Below the pieces are notes generated by a model. That model searched no databases. It saw only the letters and a program-made list of their open reading frames with translations, and was not told the DNA's origin. From Candidatus Fraserbacteria bacterium (GTDB lineage Bacteria > Bipolaricaulota > Bipolaricaulia > RBG-16-55-9), in NCBI GenBank assembly GCA_037443265.1, contig JBBIOR010000002.1, positions 37,507 to 88,948 of the forward strand: DNA of 51,442 bases, read 5' to 3'. The translations under genes were made by a program, and so were the position numbers. Positions 34,671 through 43,686 of the stretch are shown one piece after another (position 1 is the first letter of the stretch; the number at the start of each line of letters is the position of its first letter).

Positions 34671-36007
34671 GCGAATTTATCCCTCACACGCCCGAAGACC
34701 AACGCGCGATGCTCCAGGCCATCGGCCTAAGATCCATCGAAGAACTCTTCGCCGATATTCCAGACGAAATCCTCAAGCGCTACGCACCCTTGGGCCTAAA
34801 GCCCCTAAGCGAGCTGGAAGTCAAACAACTGCTGACGCAAATTGCCTCTGAAAACCTCGACCCCACTCGTTATGTTTCGTTTCTCGGCGGCGGAGTCTAC
34901 GATCATTATATCCCCAGCGTGGTGAGTCATTTGATGCTAAGATCGGAATTCTTCACGAGCTACACGCCCTACCAGGCCGAGGCCTCCCAGGGGACTCTCA
35001 CGTGGATGTTTGAATTCCAGACGATGATCTGCGAGCTTATGGGGATGGATGTGGCCAACGCCTCCATGTACGACGGCGGATCGGCCCTGGCCGAAGCCAT
35101 GCTCATGGCCCGCAATATCACAGAAAAGAAGAGATTTCTCGTGGCGCGCAGCCTCCACCCCCACTATCGCCAGATTATCAACACCTACGCTTGGGCAGCG
35201 GGCTTAGAACTCATCGAAATCCCCTATGACTCAAACGGCCAACTCGATAAGGGCTCCCTCAAAGCCCACGTCACAAATGAGCTGGGCGGTGCACTCGTGC
35301 AGACGCCCAATTTCTTTGGGATCATCGAAGATCTCTCAAATCTGAAGAGCACGCTCGGCGAAGCGCTCTTGTGTGTGAGCGTTCACCCCATTTCGCTCGG
35401 GATTCTGCGCCCTCCCGGAGAATTTGGCGCAGATATCGTCGTAGGCGAAGGGCAAGTGCTGGGCAATGCCCCCAATTTTGGCGGGCCGCTTCTGGGACTC
35501 TTTGCCTGTAAACAGGCCCACCTGCGCAAGATGCCCGGGCGCATCTCCGGAAGGACGACAGATGCCCAAGGACGCGTGGGCTATATCCTGACCCTCCAGG
35601 CTCGCGAGCAACACATCCGTCGGGCCAAAGCGACGTCCAATATCTGCACCAATCAAGCGCTTTGCGCATTTGCAGCCACGCTCTATCTGGGGCTTTTGGG
35701 CAAGCGCGGCCTACGGAGACTCGCTGAGCTGATCACCCAGAAAGCCCATTATCTCGCCTATCAGATTCAGAGCCTTCGAGGATTCTCATTGAAGTGGCCG
35801 AAAGCTCCGTTCTTCAATGAATTTGCCGTCCAGACGCCCATTCCGCCCGCAAAGCTGCTGGAGCGCTTGCGCGATCGAGGCTATCTGGGCGGCCTGGATC
35901 TAGAGCCCTACGGCCACAAACGGACTCTTCTCATCGCTGTGACGGAGAAGCGCACCCGAGAAGAGCTCGACGGCTTGGTAGCCGCGCTCAAGGAGGTCTC
36001 GCGATGA
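34667..36007 (+). CDS. gcvPA: Glycine dehydrogenase (decarboxylating) subunit 1
   Basis: FTSYTPYQAEASQG, NASMYDG, QAREQHIRRAKATSNICTNQ. Confidence 0.96.
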   Translation: MSEFIPHTPEDQRAMLQAIGLRSIEELFADIPDEILKRYAPLGLKPLSELEVKQLLTQIASENLDPTRYVSFLGGGVYDHYIPSVVSHLMLRSEFFTSYTPYQAEASQGTLTWMFEFQTMICELMGMDVANASMYDGGSALAEAMLMARNITEKKRFLVARSLHPHYRQIINTYAWAAGLELIEIPYDSNGQLDKGSLKAHVTNELGGALVQTPNFFGIIEDLSNLKSTLGEALLCVSVHPISLGILRPPGEFGADIVVGEGQVLGNAPNFGGPLLGLFACKQAHLRKMPGRISGRTTDAQGRVGYILTLQAREQHIRRAKATSNICTNQALCAFAATLYLGLLGKRGLRRLAELITQKAHYLAYQIQSLRGFSLKWPKAPFFNEFAVQTPIPPAKLLERLRDRGYLGGLDLEPYGHKRTLLIAVTEKRTREELDGLVAALKEVSR

Positions 36008-37557
36008 GACCCGGCGAGACGATCTTTGACCGAGGGGCTCCCGGCCGCTATGGGCTGAGCCTGCCCGAGCCTGATCTGCCCAGCCGGCCCATCGAAGAAC
36101 TCATCCCCAAAGAATTGCTCAGAAGAGACGACCCCGAGCTGCCGGAGGTGAGCCAGATTGAGCTCGTCCGCCATTACACGGCCCTGGCGCACATCAACTT
36201 TGGCGTGGACACGGGGCCTTATCCTCTAGGCTCGTGCACCATGAAGTACAACCCGCGCATTAGCGAAGAGACCGCGCGCTTGCCTCAATTTGCTCTCTCC
36301 CATCCCTGGCAGGGCGAGACCCTCTCCCAGGGGAACCTCAGATTGATGTATGAGTTGGGGGAGCTTCTCAAGAAGATTGCGGGGCTCTCTGAGATCTCGC
36401 TCCAGCCGGCGGCCGGAGCCCACGGCGAATTTTTAGGGATGCTCCTCATCAAAAGATACTTTGAAGACCAGGGGGAGCTTGCTAGGCGCCGTAAGATCCT
36501 GCTGCCGGATTCCGCCCACGGCACGAACCCGGCCTCCGCCCACATCGCCGGCTTTGAGGTGATCGAGATCCCCTCAGATGCGCGGGGCATGGTCGATCTG
36601 GAAGCCCTCAGAAAGAACGTCGATGAATCCGTGGCGGGGATCATGCTCACGGTGCCCAACACGCTCGGCCTCTTCGAGGAAGATATTCTAGACATTACAG
36701 AGCTGATCCATGAGGCGGGCGGCTTCTGTTATTTCGATGGGGCAAATTTAAATTCCATTGTGGGGCGGGCGCGGCCCGGAGATTTCGGCGTAGACATCGT
36801 GCACTTTAATCTCCACAAGACGTTCTCCACTCCCCATGGCGGAGGAGGCCCCGGCGCGGGCCCGGTGGCCGTAGGCGAAAAATTGGCTCCGTATCTGCCC
36901 GTGCCGCTCGTCAAACAACAAGATGGAAGATTCTATCTCGAATACGATCGCCCCAAGTCCGTGGGCCGATTGCATGCTTTCTACGGCAATTTTGCGGTGC
37001 TCGTGCGGGCCTACACGTACATTCGCATGCTGGGGGATGAAGGCCTACGGCGCGTAAGCGAAAATGCCGTGCTCAATGCCAATTATCTCAAAGAGCGCTT
37101 GAAGCCCTTCTATAAACTCCCCTATGATCGCCTGTGCAAACATGAAGTCGTCTTCTCCGGAAAGGGCTTGGCCGAGGGCATTCACACCCTCGATATCGCC
37201 AAACGATTGATCGATTATGGCTTTCATCCGCCGACGGTATATTTCCCGCTCATTGTGCCGGAGGCGCTGATGATCGAGCCCACAGAAACCGTCTCTAAAG
37301 AGGAACTCGATGCCCTCATTGACGCGTTCATTCAGATTGTGTGCGAGGCGAAAGAGCATCCTGAGCTTTTGAAGACGGCACCGCATACGACGCTGGTGGG
37401 CCGTCTCGATGATGTGAAGGCCGCGCGCCAGCCGGTGTTACGAATCCCAAAAGCGGCCACCCGCTCGCTCAGATCTCGCCCCAGTTCCGCCCGATCTTCA
37501 TATCCACCTTCAGAGGGACCGCCAGCTCCATCACGCCCTCCATCGTCTCTCTTATAA
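36004..37557 (+). CDS. gcvPB: Glycine dehydrogenase (decarboxylating) subunit 2
   Basis: PLGSCTMKYNP, SAHGTNPASA, NLHKTFSTPHGGGGPG (PLP-Lys), MIEPTE. Confidence 0.96.
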   Translation: MRPGETIFDRGAPGRYGLSLPEPDLPSRPIEELIPKELLRRDDPELPEVSQIELVRHYTALAHINFGVDTGPYPLGSCTMKYNPRISEETARLPQFALSHPWQGETLSQGNLRLMYELGELLKKIAGLSEISLQPAAGAHGEFLGMLLIKRYFEDQGELARRRKILLPDSAHGTNPASAHIAGFEVIEIPSDARGMVDLEALRKNVDESVAGIMLTVPNTLGLFEEDILDITELIHEAGGFCYFDGANLNSIVGRARPGDFGVDIVHFNLHKTFSTPHGGGGPGAGPVAVGEKLAPYLPVPLVKQQDGRFYLEYDRPKSVGRLHAFYGNFAVLVRAYTYIRMLGDEGLRRVSENAVLNANYLKERLKPFYKLPYDRLCKHEVVFSGKGLAEGIHTLDIAKRLIDYGFHPPTVYFPLIVPEALMIEPTETVSKEELDALIDAFIQIVCEAKEHPELLKTAPHTTLVGRLDDVKAARQPVLRIPKAATRSLRSRPSSARSSYPPSEGPPAPSRPPSSLL

Positions 37558-40147
37558 GATCCGCACTTCTATCAGCTTTATCTTCATCGACTTCAAAGAC
37601 CAGCTCGTCATGGATCTGCAGCAGCATATCTGCCTGAAGCTCTCCAGCCTTGATCTTCTCAAACAGACGAATCATGGCCAGCTTCATGAGATCTGCTGCA
37701 GTCGATTGGATGGGCATATTGATCGCCTCCCGTTGCGAACGGCTGTCCAGCTTTCTAAAATAGCGCCGACGCCCCAAAAGCGATTCCACATAGCCCTGCT
37801 CTTTGGCTTGCTGCACAATGTGCTCCATGTAGGCTTTGACACCGGGATAGCTGGCGAAGTAGCTCTTAATGAAATGATCCGCCTCTTTTCGCGGGATCTT
37901 AGCCCACTGAGCCAGCCCGTAGCTGCTCATCCCATACGCCAGCCCGAAGTTGATCCGCTTGGCGATGTCCCGCTGCGGGGGCGTGACACTCTCCAGGGGA
38001 ATGCCGAAGATCGTGGCTGCGGTGCGCGCGTGGATATCTTCATCACGCCGGAACGCTTCGATCAAACCGCGATCCTGCGCGATGTGGGCTAAAATTCGAA
38101 GCTCAATCTGAGAGTAATCCGCTCCCAGCAAGACCCGCCCCGGCGGCGCGATGAACGCCTCCCGAATCTGGCCTCCCAATTGCGAGCGAATCGGGATGTT
38201 CTGCAGATTGGGCTCACTCGAACTCAGACGCCCCGTGGCCGTCACGCTCTGATTGAACGACGTGTGAATCCGTCCCGTCTCCGGGTTGATGTGCTCCGGC
38301 AGTGTGCGCACATACGTGTTGAGCAGCTTCTCCAGCTCACGATACGCCAAGAGCTTCTCCGGCAAAGGATGCTGCGCGGCCAGCTCCTCCAGCACTAAAG
38401 CATCCGTGGATGGCCCTGTCTTCGTCCTTTTGATTATGGGCAGCTTCAGCTTTTCAAAGAGAATATAAGCCACTTGCTTGGGAGAGTTGGGATTAAATTC
38501 CTCCCCCGCCAGATGGAAGAGCTCGTTCTTAAGCTGATCGAGCAGAATCTCTAGGGATTTGCCCTGCTCACGCAGCACGTCTTGATCCAGCAAGATGCCC
38601 CGAAGCTCCATCGCCACGAGCACCGGAATCAGCCGAAGCTCCACCTCATAAAAGAGCCCTTCTAATTTGTGCTCCTTGAGCTTGGGGAGCATCACGGCTT
38701 TCAGGCGGATGACGGCTTCCGCGTCGGCCACCGCATAGGCAGCAGCCTCTTCCAGGGAGACTTCCGCCATGCTCGCCCGGCCCAGATCTTTAAAGCTCAT
38801 CATCCCATGACCCAGATAGCGCAGCGCCAGCTCGCCCAGATCCTTGCGACCTTCGGGATCCAGCAGATAGGCGGCCAGCATCGAATCAAAGGCGATCCTC
38901 CCAGCATTCACCCCGGCGCGCTTCAGTACTTTGACGTCGTACTTGAGATTCTGACCGATGAGCCCCAAGCGCTCATTCTCCAAATAGGGTCGGAGCTTGC
39001 CGAGCACCGCGGCTCGCTGGAGCTGCTGAGCCATGCCCAAGCCCTCATGGCCCACAGGGATGTAAAAGCCCCGGTGCGGCTCAAAGGCCAGAGCGATGCC
39101 CACGATCTCGGCCTTCATGTCGTCCTGGCTGGTCGTCTCCAGATCGAGCGAGACTTCTTGGGCTTGGGCGAGTCGCTCGCAGAGCAGCTGCAGCGCTCTT
39201 TCATCCGCGACGATTTGATGCTCCACCTGCGGCGCGCCCCTCTCTTCCGATTCGCCAGCCAGATCCAGTTCCGTAAGCAGACTCTGAAACTCCAGCTCCT
39301 CGAAGACCTTCTGAATGCGGGGCCAATCGGGCCTTCCCAAGCGACAGCGCTCCAGAAGATTTTCCATAGGGATCGGCTCGAGCCCTACGAGAGCATAGCT
39401 CAGACGGGCTTGATCTTGATGCGTAAGAAGGGCCTGCCGGACCCGCGGCTTTGTGATCTTCTCCGCGTTCTTTAGCACTTGCTCCAACGTCGGAAACTCT
39501 TGCAGGAGCTGGCGGGCGGTCACTTCACCGATGCCCGGCACGCCGGGCACATTGTCCACGCTATCTCCGGTCAAAGCCAGATAATCCCGAATCTTCGAGG
39601 GCGGCACACCCAGATAGCGCTCGACCCCTTCTTTATCCAAACGCTCCAGATCTCTTCCGGGCTCCCGCGAAGGCTTCAAAATCACAGTCTTGTCATCCAC
39701 CAGCTGCATCAGATCTTTGTCGCCGCTTACGATGAGCGCTTCGAGATCGTGCTCGCGGGCGCATTGGACGAGCGTAGCGATGAGATCATCGGCCTCGTAG
39801 CCCGGCTCCTCGAAACGAGCGATGCCAAAGGCGTCGATCAATTCTTTCACGCGCGGGATCTGCACGGAGAGCGCCTCATCCAGCACGGGCCTATGAGCTT
39901 TATACTCTTCAAAGCGCTTATGGCGCCGCTTCTCCCCCGGTGCATCAAAGGCCACGGCCATATAGTGCGAAGGATACTCGCGCAGGAGTTTCAGCATAGT
40001 TCTTACAAAGCCGTAAATAGCTCCCGTCGGGAAGCCCGTGCGCGTCGAGAAGTTTTTCAGTACGTGATAGGCCGGATGGAGGATCGAGCCGGCATCCACG
40101 ATCAAGATTCTTCTCTCATCCAGATGTTCTAGCTTGAGCGCGGGCAT
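37469..40147 (-). CDS. polA: DNA polymerase I (5'-3' exonuclease, 3'-5' exonuclease, polymerase)
   Basis: EADD, SGDKD, GDSVDNVPGV; ExoI DLETT, ExoII NLKYD, ExoIII YAVAD; ADYSQIELR, INFGLAYG, QIHDEL. Confidence 0.97.
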   Translation of the reverse strand: MPALKLEHLDERRILIVDAGSILHPAYHVLKNFSTRTGFPTGAIYGFVRTMLKLLREYPSHYMAVAFDAPGEKRRHKRFEEYKAHRPVLDEALSVQIPRVKELIDAFGIARFEEPGYEADDLIATLVQCAREHDLEALIVSGDKDLMQLVDDKTVILKPSREPGRDLERLDKEGVERYLGVPPSKIRDYLALTGDSVDNVPGVPGIGEVTARQLLQEFPTLEQVLKNAEKITKPRVRQALLTHQDQARLSYALVGLEPIPMENLLERCRLGRPDWPRIQKVFEELEFQSLLTELDLAGESEERGAPQVEHQIVADERALQLLCERLAQAQEVSLDLETTSQDDMKAEIVGIALAFEPHRGFYIPVGHEGLGMAQQLQRAAVLGKLRPYLENERLGLIGQNLKYDVKVLKRAGVNAGRIAFDSMLAAYLLDPEGRKDLGELALRYLGHGMMSFKDLGRASMAEVSLEEAAAYAVADAEAVIRLKAVMLPKLKEHKLEGLFYEVELRLIPVLVAMELRGILLDQDVLREQGKSLEILLDQLKNELFHLAGEEFNPNSPKQVAYILFEKLKLPIIKRTKTGPSTDALVLEELAAQHPLPEKLLAYRELEKLLNTYVRTLPEHINPETGRIHTSFNQSVTATGRLSSSEPNLQNIPIRSQLGGQIREAFIAPPGRVLLGADYSQIELRILAHIAQDRGLIEAFRRDEDIHARTAATIFGIPLESVTPPQRDIAKRINFGLAYGMSSYGLAQWAKIPRKEADHFIKSYFASYPGVKAYMEHIVQQAKEQGYVESLLGRRRYFRKLDSRSQREAINMPIQSTAADLMKLAMIRLFEKIKAGELQADMLLQIHDELVFEVDEDKADRSADLIRETMEGVMELAVPLKVDMKIGRNWGEI

Positions 40148-40631
40148 CTTTCATCGAGCGATGCCGCAAGAGATGGCAGAGCGCCACGGCTAAAGCGTCC
40201 GCGGCATCATCCGGCTTGGGCAGCTCCCTCAAGCGCAAGAGGCGCTTGACCATCGCCTGCACTTGGGGCTTCTTAGCGCGTCCATAGCCGCAGATCTGAC
40301 GCTTCACCTCCAACGGCGTGTAACTTGCCACTTCCAAGGGGTGGCCCGCCAGGAGAACTACTCCGCGGGCTTCGGAGACGGCCAGGGCCGTCGTCACGTT
40401 CTGGTTGAAGAAGATCCGCTCGACCGCCAGCACCTCCGGCTGAAATTCTTCGATGAGATGCAGCACTTCCCCGTAGATGGTCTTCAAACGCTTTGAGACG
40501 GACTCTTCCGGGGCCGTTCGGATGACGCCGGCTTCTAAGACCCTGCCGCTAGCCCATCGCGGCTCGCTCCCTGCTTCCACGATCGCATAGCCGGTGATGG
40601 CCAGCCCCGGATCGATCCCTAACACTCGCAT
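40116..40631 (-). CDS. ruvC: Holliday junction resolvase RuvC
   Basis: VLGIDPG, AVERIFF, YTPLEVK, GYGRAKK, PDDAADALAVALCH. Confidence 0.96.
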   Translation of the reverse strand: MRVLGIDPGLAITGYAIVEAGSEPRWASGRVLEAGVIRTAPEESVSKRLKTIYGEVLHLIEEFQPEVLAVERIFFNQNVTTALAVSEARGVVLLAGHPLEVASYTPLEVKRQICGYGRAKKPQVQAMVKRLLRLRELPKPDDAADALAVALCHLLRHRSMKDARAQARTSG

Positions 40632-40641
40632 GCGGGCTCGC

Positions 40642-41157
40642 TCAGGCGAGAAACTCTTTGAGTTTCGCAAGCCTCGGGTCCACCAAGCGCTCCTGCGCGC
40701 ACGCACAAGGCCCTTCATTGAGATCCCGTCCGCAGGTGGGGCACAGGCCCCGACAGTCCGGCTTGCACAGTGGCTTGCTCTTAAGCGAGGAGGCGATGAT
40801 CCTCTCGAAATACGGCCGAAGCTCCAGCTCCTTTAGGCCGTACTCGAAACTGAAGCCGTCGAGAGGTACGCCGGCAAGCCCAGAGGGAGGCTCCTCCTCA
40901 AACTGCAGAGATTCTACAAGCTGCACACGCTCCCGTAAGGGCGTAAGACACCGGCTGCACTCGAGCTCGACCTCTGTGGTGAGTCGGGCGCTGAGATAAA
41001 GAATTCCGCTCCGGTAGAACGCTTGGCCCCTCACCCGGACCGCCTCTCTGAACGCCAGCGGACGACCCTTGTAGTCTAGCCGGTCCCACTCTTCTGTCGC
41101 TTCCACCAGGGTGAACTCTCCCGGATGCTCCTTGAGCCTCCCCACGTCCAGCTTCAA
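40642..41157 (-). CDS. YceD/DUF177 family protein
   Basis: ECSRCL, KPLCKPDCRGLCPTCG, DPRLAKL; TTG start after GGGGTGA. Confidence 0.9.
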   Translation of the reverse strand: MKLDVGRLKEHPGEFTLVEATEEWDRLDYKGRPLAFREAVRVRGQAFYRSGILYLSARLTTEVELECSRCLTPLRERVQLVESLQFEEEPPSGLAGVPLDGFSFEYGLKELELRPYFERIIASSLKSKPLCKPDCRGLCPTCGRDLNEGPCACAQERLVDPRLAKLKEFLA

Positions 41158-41258
41158 TTTCGATCACCCCATGCGTAACCATCATAGCAGGCCAGAGGGC
41201 GTGCGGCAAAGAGAATTTCCGTGGCGCGGTCCCCTCGAGCCGCAAGATCTCAAGTCAC

Positions 41259-41298
41259 TTGACGCTCTCCATTTGGCCCCCTATAATTAGCCGGCTAA
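41259..41298 (+). promoter_or_regulatory. marR promoter and palindromic operator
   Basis: TTGACG-17-TATAAT, overlapped and followed by the perfect palindrome TTAGCCGGCTAA (41287-41298). Confidence 0.7.
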
Positions 41299-41754
41299 AT
41301 GAATGGGGCGAGGATGAGGACATCAAAGTCGATGGAAGAGAGCATTAGTCATCTGTTGGTGCAGGTCTGCAAGGCTCACCGCGGATGCTTGGGAGAGGCC
41401 CTTTCCCAGCTGGGGCTGCACGTGGGCCAAGAGATGATTCTCTTCCACCTCTGGGAGCAGGATGGGGTGGCCCAATCCCAGCTGATCGGCGGCTGCCAGG
41501 TGGAGGCACCCACGATGACCAAAATGCTGAGCAGACTAGAGAAGGCCGGATTGATCCAGCGGCGTCGGGACGCACAAGACGCGCGCGTCTGGCGGGTCGA
41601 TCTCACCCAACGGGGTCGAGCGCTCAAAGAGCCCGTCTATCGCTGCTGGCAAAAGATCGAGGAGCGCATGCTGAGGGATTTGACGCTGGAGGAGAAGCTT
41701 CTGCTGCGCCGTCTTCTGCTGCAGATGCGGAGCAATCTGTTCGAGGGCGAGTAA
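41299..41754 (+). CDS. MarR family transcriptional regulator
   Basis: GLHVGQEMIL, TMTKMLSRLEKAGLIQR, DARVWRVDLTQRG; start may be 41299, 41313 region or 41332. Confidence 0.92.
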   Translation: MNGARMRTSKSMEESISHLLVQVCKAHRGCLGEALSQLGLHVGQEMILFHLWEQDGVAQSQLIGGCQVEAPTMTKMLSRLEKAGLIQRRRDAQDARVWRVDLTQRGRALKEPVYRCWQKIEERMLRDLTLEEKLLLRRLLLQMRSNLFEGE

Positions 41755-41759
41755 ATCTT

Positions 41760-41771
41760 TTAGCCGTCTAA
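41760..41771. promoter_or_regulatory. Second copy of the putative MarR operator
   Basis: TTAGCCGTCTAA, 11/12 match to the upstream palindrome. Confidence 0.6.
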
Positions 41772-41798
41772 TTACAGAGCAGCCAGAAAGGAGAGGCC

Positions 41799-41876
41799 AT
41801 GAGGGAAGCTAAGACGATTCTCGGGACAGAGGCGACGGATTTGGAGGTGAAGGAGCGATGGACATTCTCTTTCTGA
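41799..41876 (+). CDS. Possible 25-aa uORF or gene stub overlapping the doxX start
   Basis: SD AAGGAGAGG, then MREAKTILGTEATDLEVKERWTFSF*. Confidence 0.3.
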   Translation: MREAKTILGTEATDLEVKERWTFSF

Positions 41877-42247
41877 TCGGCAGAATTCTGTATGCCTTCA
41901 TCTTTCTCATGAGCGGGCTGGGTCATCTTATGCGCTTGGAGCAGATGGCTCAGTATGCCCAGGCCAAAGGGGTGCCTGCCCCAAAGCTGGCCGTGGCCGG
42001 GACGGGCGTCTTGCTGCTTCTGGGAGGCCTGAGCGTGCTGTTGGGATTTTATCCCACCATCGGGCTCATCTTGCTCATCCTCTTTCTTGGGCCCACCACG
42101 CTGGTGATGCACCGCTTCTGGGATATCAACGACCCCATGCAGCGCCAGATGGAGATGATCAATTTCAATAAGAATCTGGCGCTGCTCGGGGCAGCTCTCA
42201 TGCTGCTTCTGCTTCAAGAGTGGCCGCTCAGCCTGGGGGGCTTCTAG
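41858..42247 (+). CDS. DoxX family membrane protein
   Basis: IGRIL...FLMSG, HRFW, FNKNLALLGA; four hydrophobic helices. Confidence 0.9.
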   Translation: MDILFLIGRILYAFIFLMSGLGHLMRLEQMAQYAQAKGVPAPKLAVAGTGVLLLLGGLSVLLGFYPTIGLILLILFLGPTTLVMHRFWDINDPMQRQMEMINFNKNLALLGAALMLLLLQEWPLSLGGF

Positions 42248-43085
42248 AGGGAGATGCGTATTGAATCGCATCCGCGACCCTCAAGGCATATTTGACCGCC
42301 TCCACATCATGGACCCGCACGATGTCCGCCCCATGAAGGACTCCAACGACGACGCTGGCGATCGTCTCCTCTAAGCGCTTCTCGACGGGCCGCCTCGTGA
42401 GTGCCCCCAAGAAGGACTTGCGGGATGTGCCCAGAAGAATGGGCCGCCTAAGCACTTTCAGCTCTGTGAGCCGCCTTAAAATCTCAGTGTTGTGCTCCGG
42501 TCGCTTGCCAAATCCGATGCCCGGATCGACAATGATATTCTCTTCTGAAATTCCGTGCTCCACCGCCCAGGCGATCCGCTCCCGCAAGAACTCAACGATC
42601 TCTGCCACCACGTCTTGGTAGGTGGGGTTGTGCTGCATGGTCTTGGGCGTGCCCAACATGTGCATCAGCACCACGGGGACGTCTGCCTCAGCCGCAACCT
42701 GGGCCATGGAGGGGTCAAAGCGCAGGGCGCTTATGTCATTGATCATGTCGGCTCCGGCGGCTATGGCCTCTTCGGCCACGCGGGCCTTGTAGGTGTCTAT
42801 GGAGATGCAGAGATGAGGCAGCTCCGCGCGAACGGCTTTAAGTACGGGAATGACCCGCTTGAGTTCCTCTTCCAGAGGGACGGGATCCGCGCCGGGTCGA
42901 GTAGATTCGCCCCCAATGTCAATGAGATCTGCCCCCTCCTCGCTCATGCGGCGCGCATGGGCGACAGCGGATTCTAGGCCCAGATAGCGCCCGCCGTCGG
43001 AGAAAGAATCCGGCGTGACGTTGAGAATGCCCATAATCAGCGTCCGGCTGCCCAGCTGCTTGAGAATTTCCGTTCTCATTCGCAT
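42228..43085 (-). CDS. folP: Dihydropteroate synthase
   Basis: MGILNVTPDSFSDGG, DIGGESTRPG, DPGIGFGK, SRKSF, VRVHDV. Confidence 0.97.
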   Translation of the reverse strand: MRMRTEILKQLGSRTLIMGILNVTPDSFSDGGRYLGLESAVAHARRMSEEGADLIDIGGESTRPGADPVPLEEELKRVIPVLKAVRAELPHLCISIDTYKARVAEEAIAAGADMINDISALRFDPSMAQVAAEADVPVVLMHMLGTPKTMQHNPTYQDVVAEIVEFLRERIAWAVEHGISEENIIVDPGIGFGKRPEHNTEILRRLTELKVLRRPILLGTSRKSFLGALTRRPVEKRLEETIASVVVGVLHGADIVRVHDVEAVKYALRVADAIQYASPSRSPPG

Positions 43086-43212
43086 GCCCTATGATAGCAA
43101 ATCATCGCCGGGAGGCTTTCGGCTCTGTGAGGGACGCCTGACCTTGCGAGCCATCTGCCCTTGCATTATGTTATTCCCATTGGTTGGGATTGGCATACTA
43201 AGGGGGTTTCCC

Positions 43213-43686
43213 ATGACCATGAGAGTCTTGCTGACGCAGACGGTGGAGAAGCTGGGCGAGCCTGGGGACATCATAGACGTCGCCCCTGGCTACGCGAGGA
43301 ACTTCTTGATCCCAAAGGGCCTGGCCGTGGAGCCTACCCCTCATAACATCGGGCGCTTCCAGAAGATCCGCGAGAAGCGCCTTCGGGAGCTTAAGGAGCG
43401 CGAAGAGCGCGCCCGAGAGCTCAAGAAGCAGCTCGACGGCACCGTGCTCACGTTCTATCGCAAGGCCCACGACGGGAAGCTCTACAGCTCCGTAAGAGCT
43501 GAGGAGATCGCCGCCCAGCTTTCAGAGCAGTTTCAGACGGAAATCGAGAGAGGGCGCGTGCGTATGCCCGCTCCCATCGAGGCCTTGGGCAGATATGCCG
43601 TCACCATCGAGCTCTACAAGGACATCACCGCAGAGGTTCGAGTCGAGGTCGTTGAGGAATCTCAAGCTTCACCTGCTCCTCAATGA
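43213..43686 (+). CDS. rplI: 50S ribosomal protein L9
   Basis: LGEPGDIIDVAPGYARNFLIPKGLA, GKLYSSV; start at MTMRVLL. Confidence 0.95.
   Translation: MTMRVLLTQTVEKLGEPGDIIDVAPGYARNFLIPKGLAVEPTPHNIGRFQKIREKRLRELKEREERARELKKQLDGTVLTFYRKAHDGKLYSSVRAEEIAAQLSEQFQTEIERGRVRMPAPIEALGRYAVTIELYKDITAEVRVEVVEESQASPAPQ

Noticed and set aside
43015..43212. N-terminal extensions in the ORF track (rplI from 43015, gcvH 34197, ruvC 40718, SufT 47316, Rrf2 48859, secreted protein 3732, hydrolase 12651)
   Set aside because: They overlap neighbouring genes or predicted promoters; downstream starts fit the SD and/or family N-termini better
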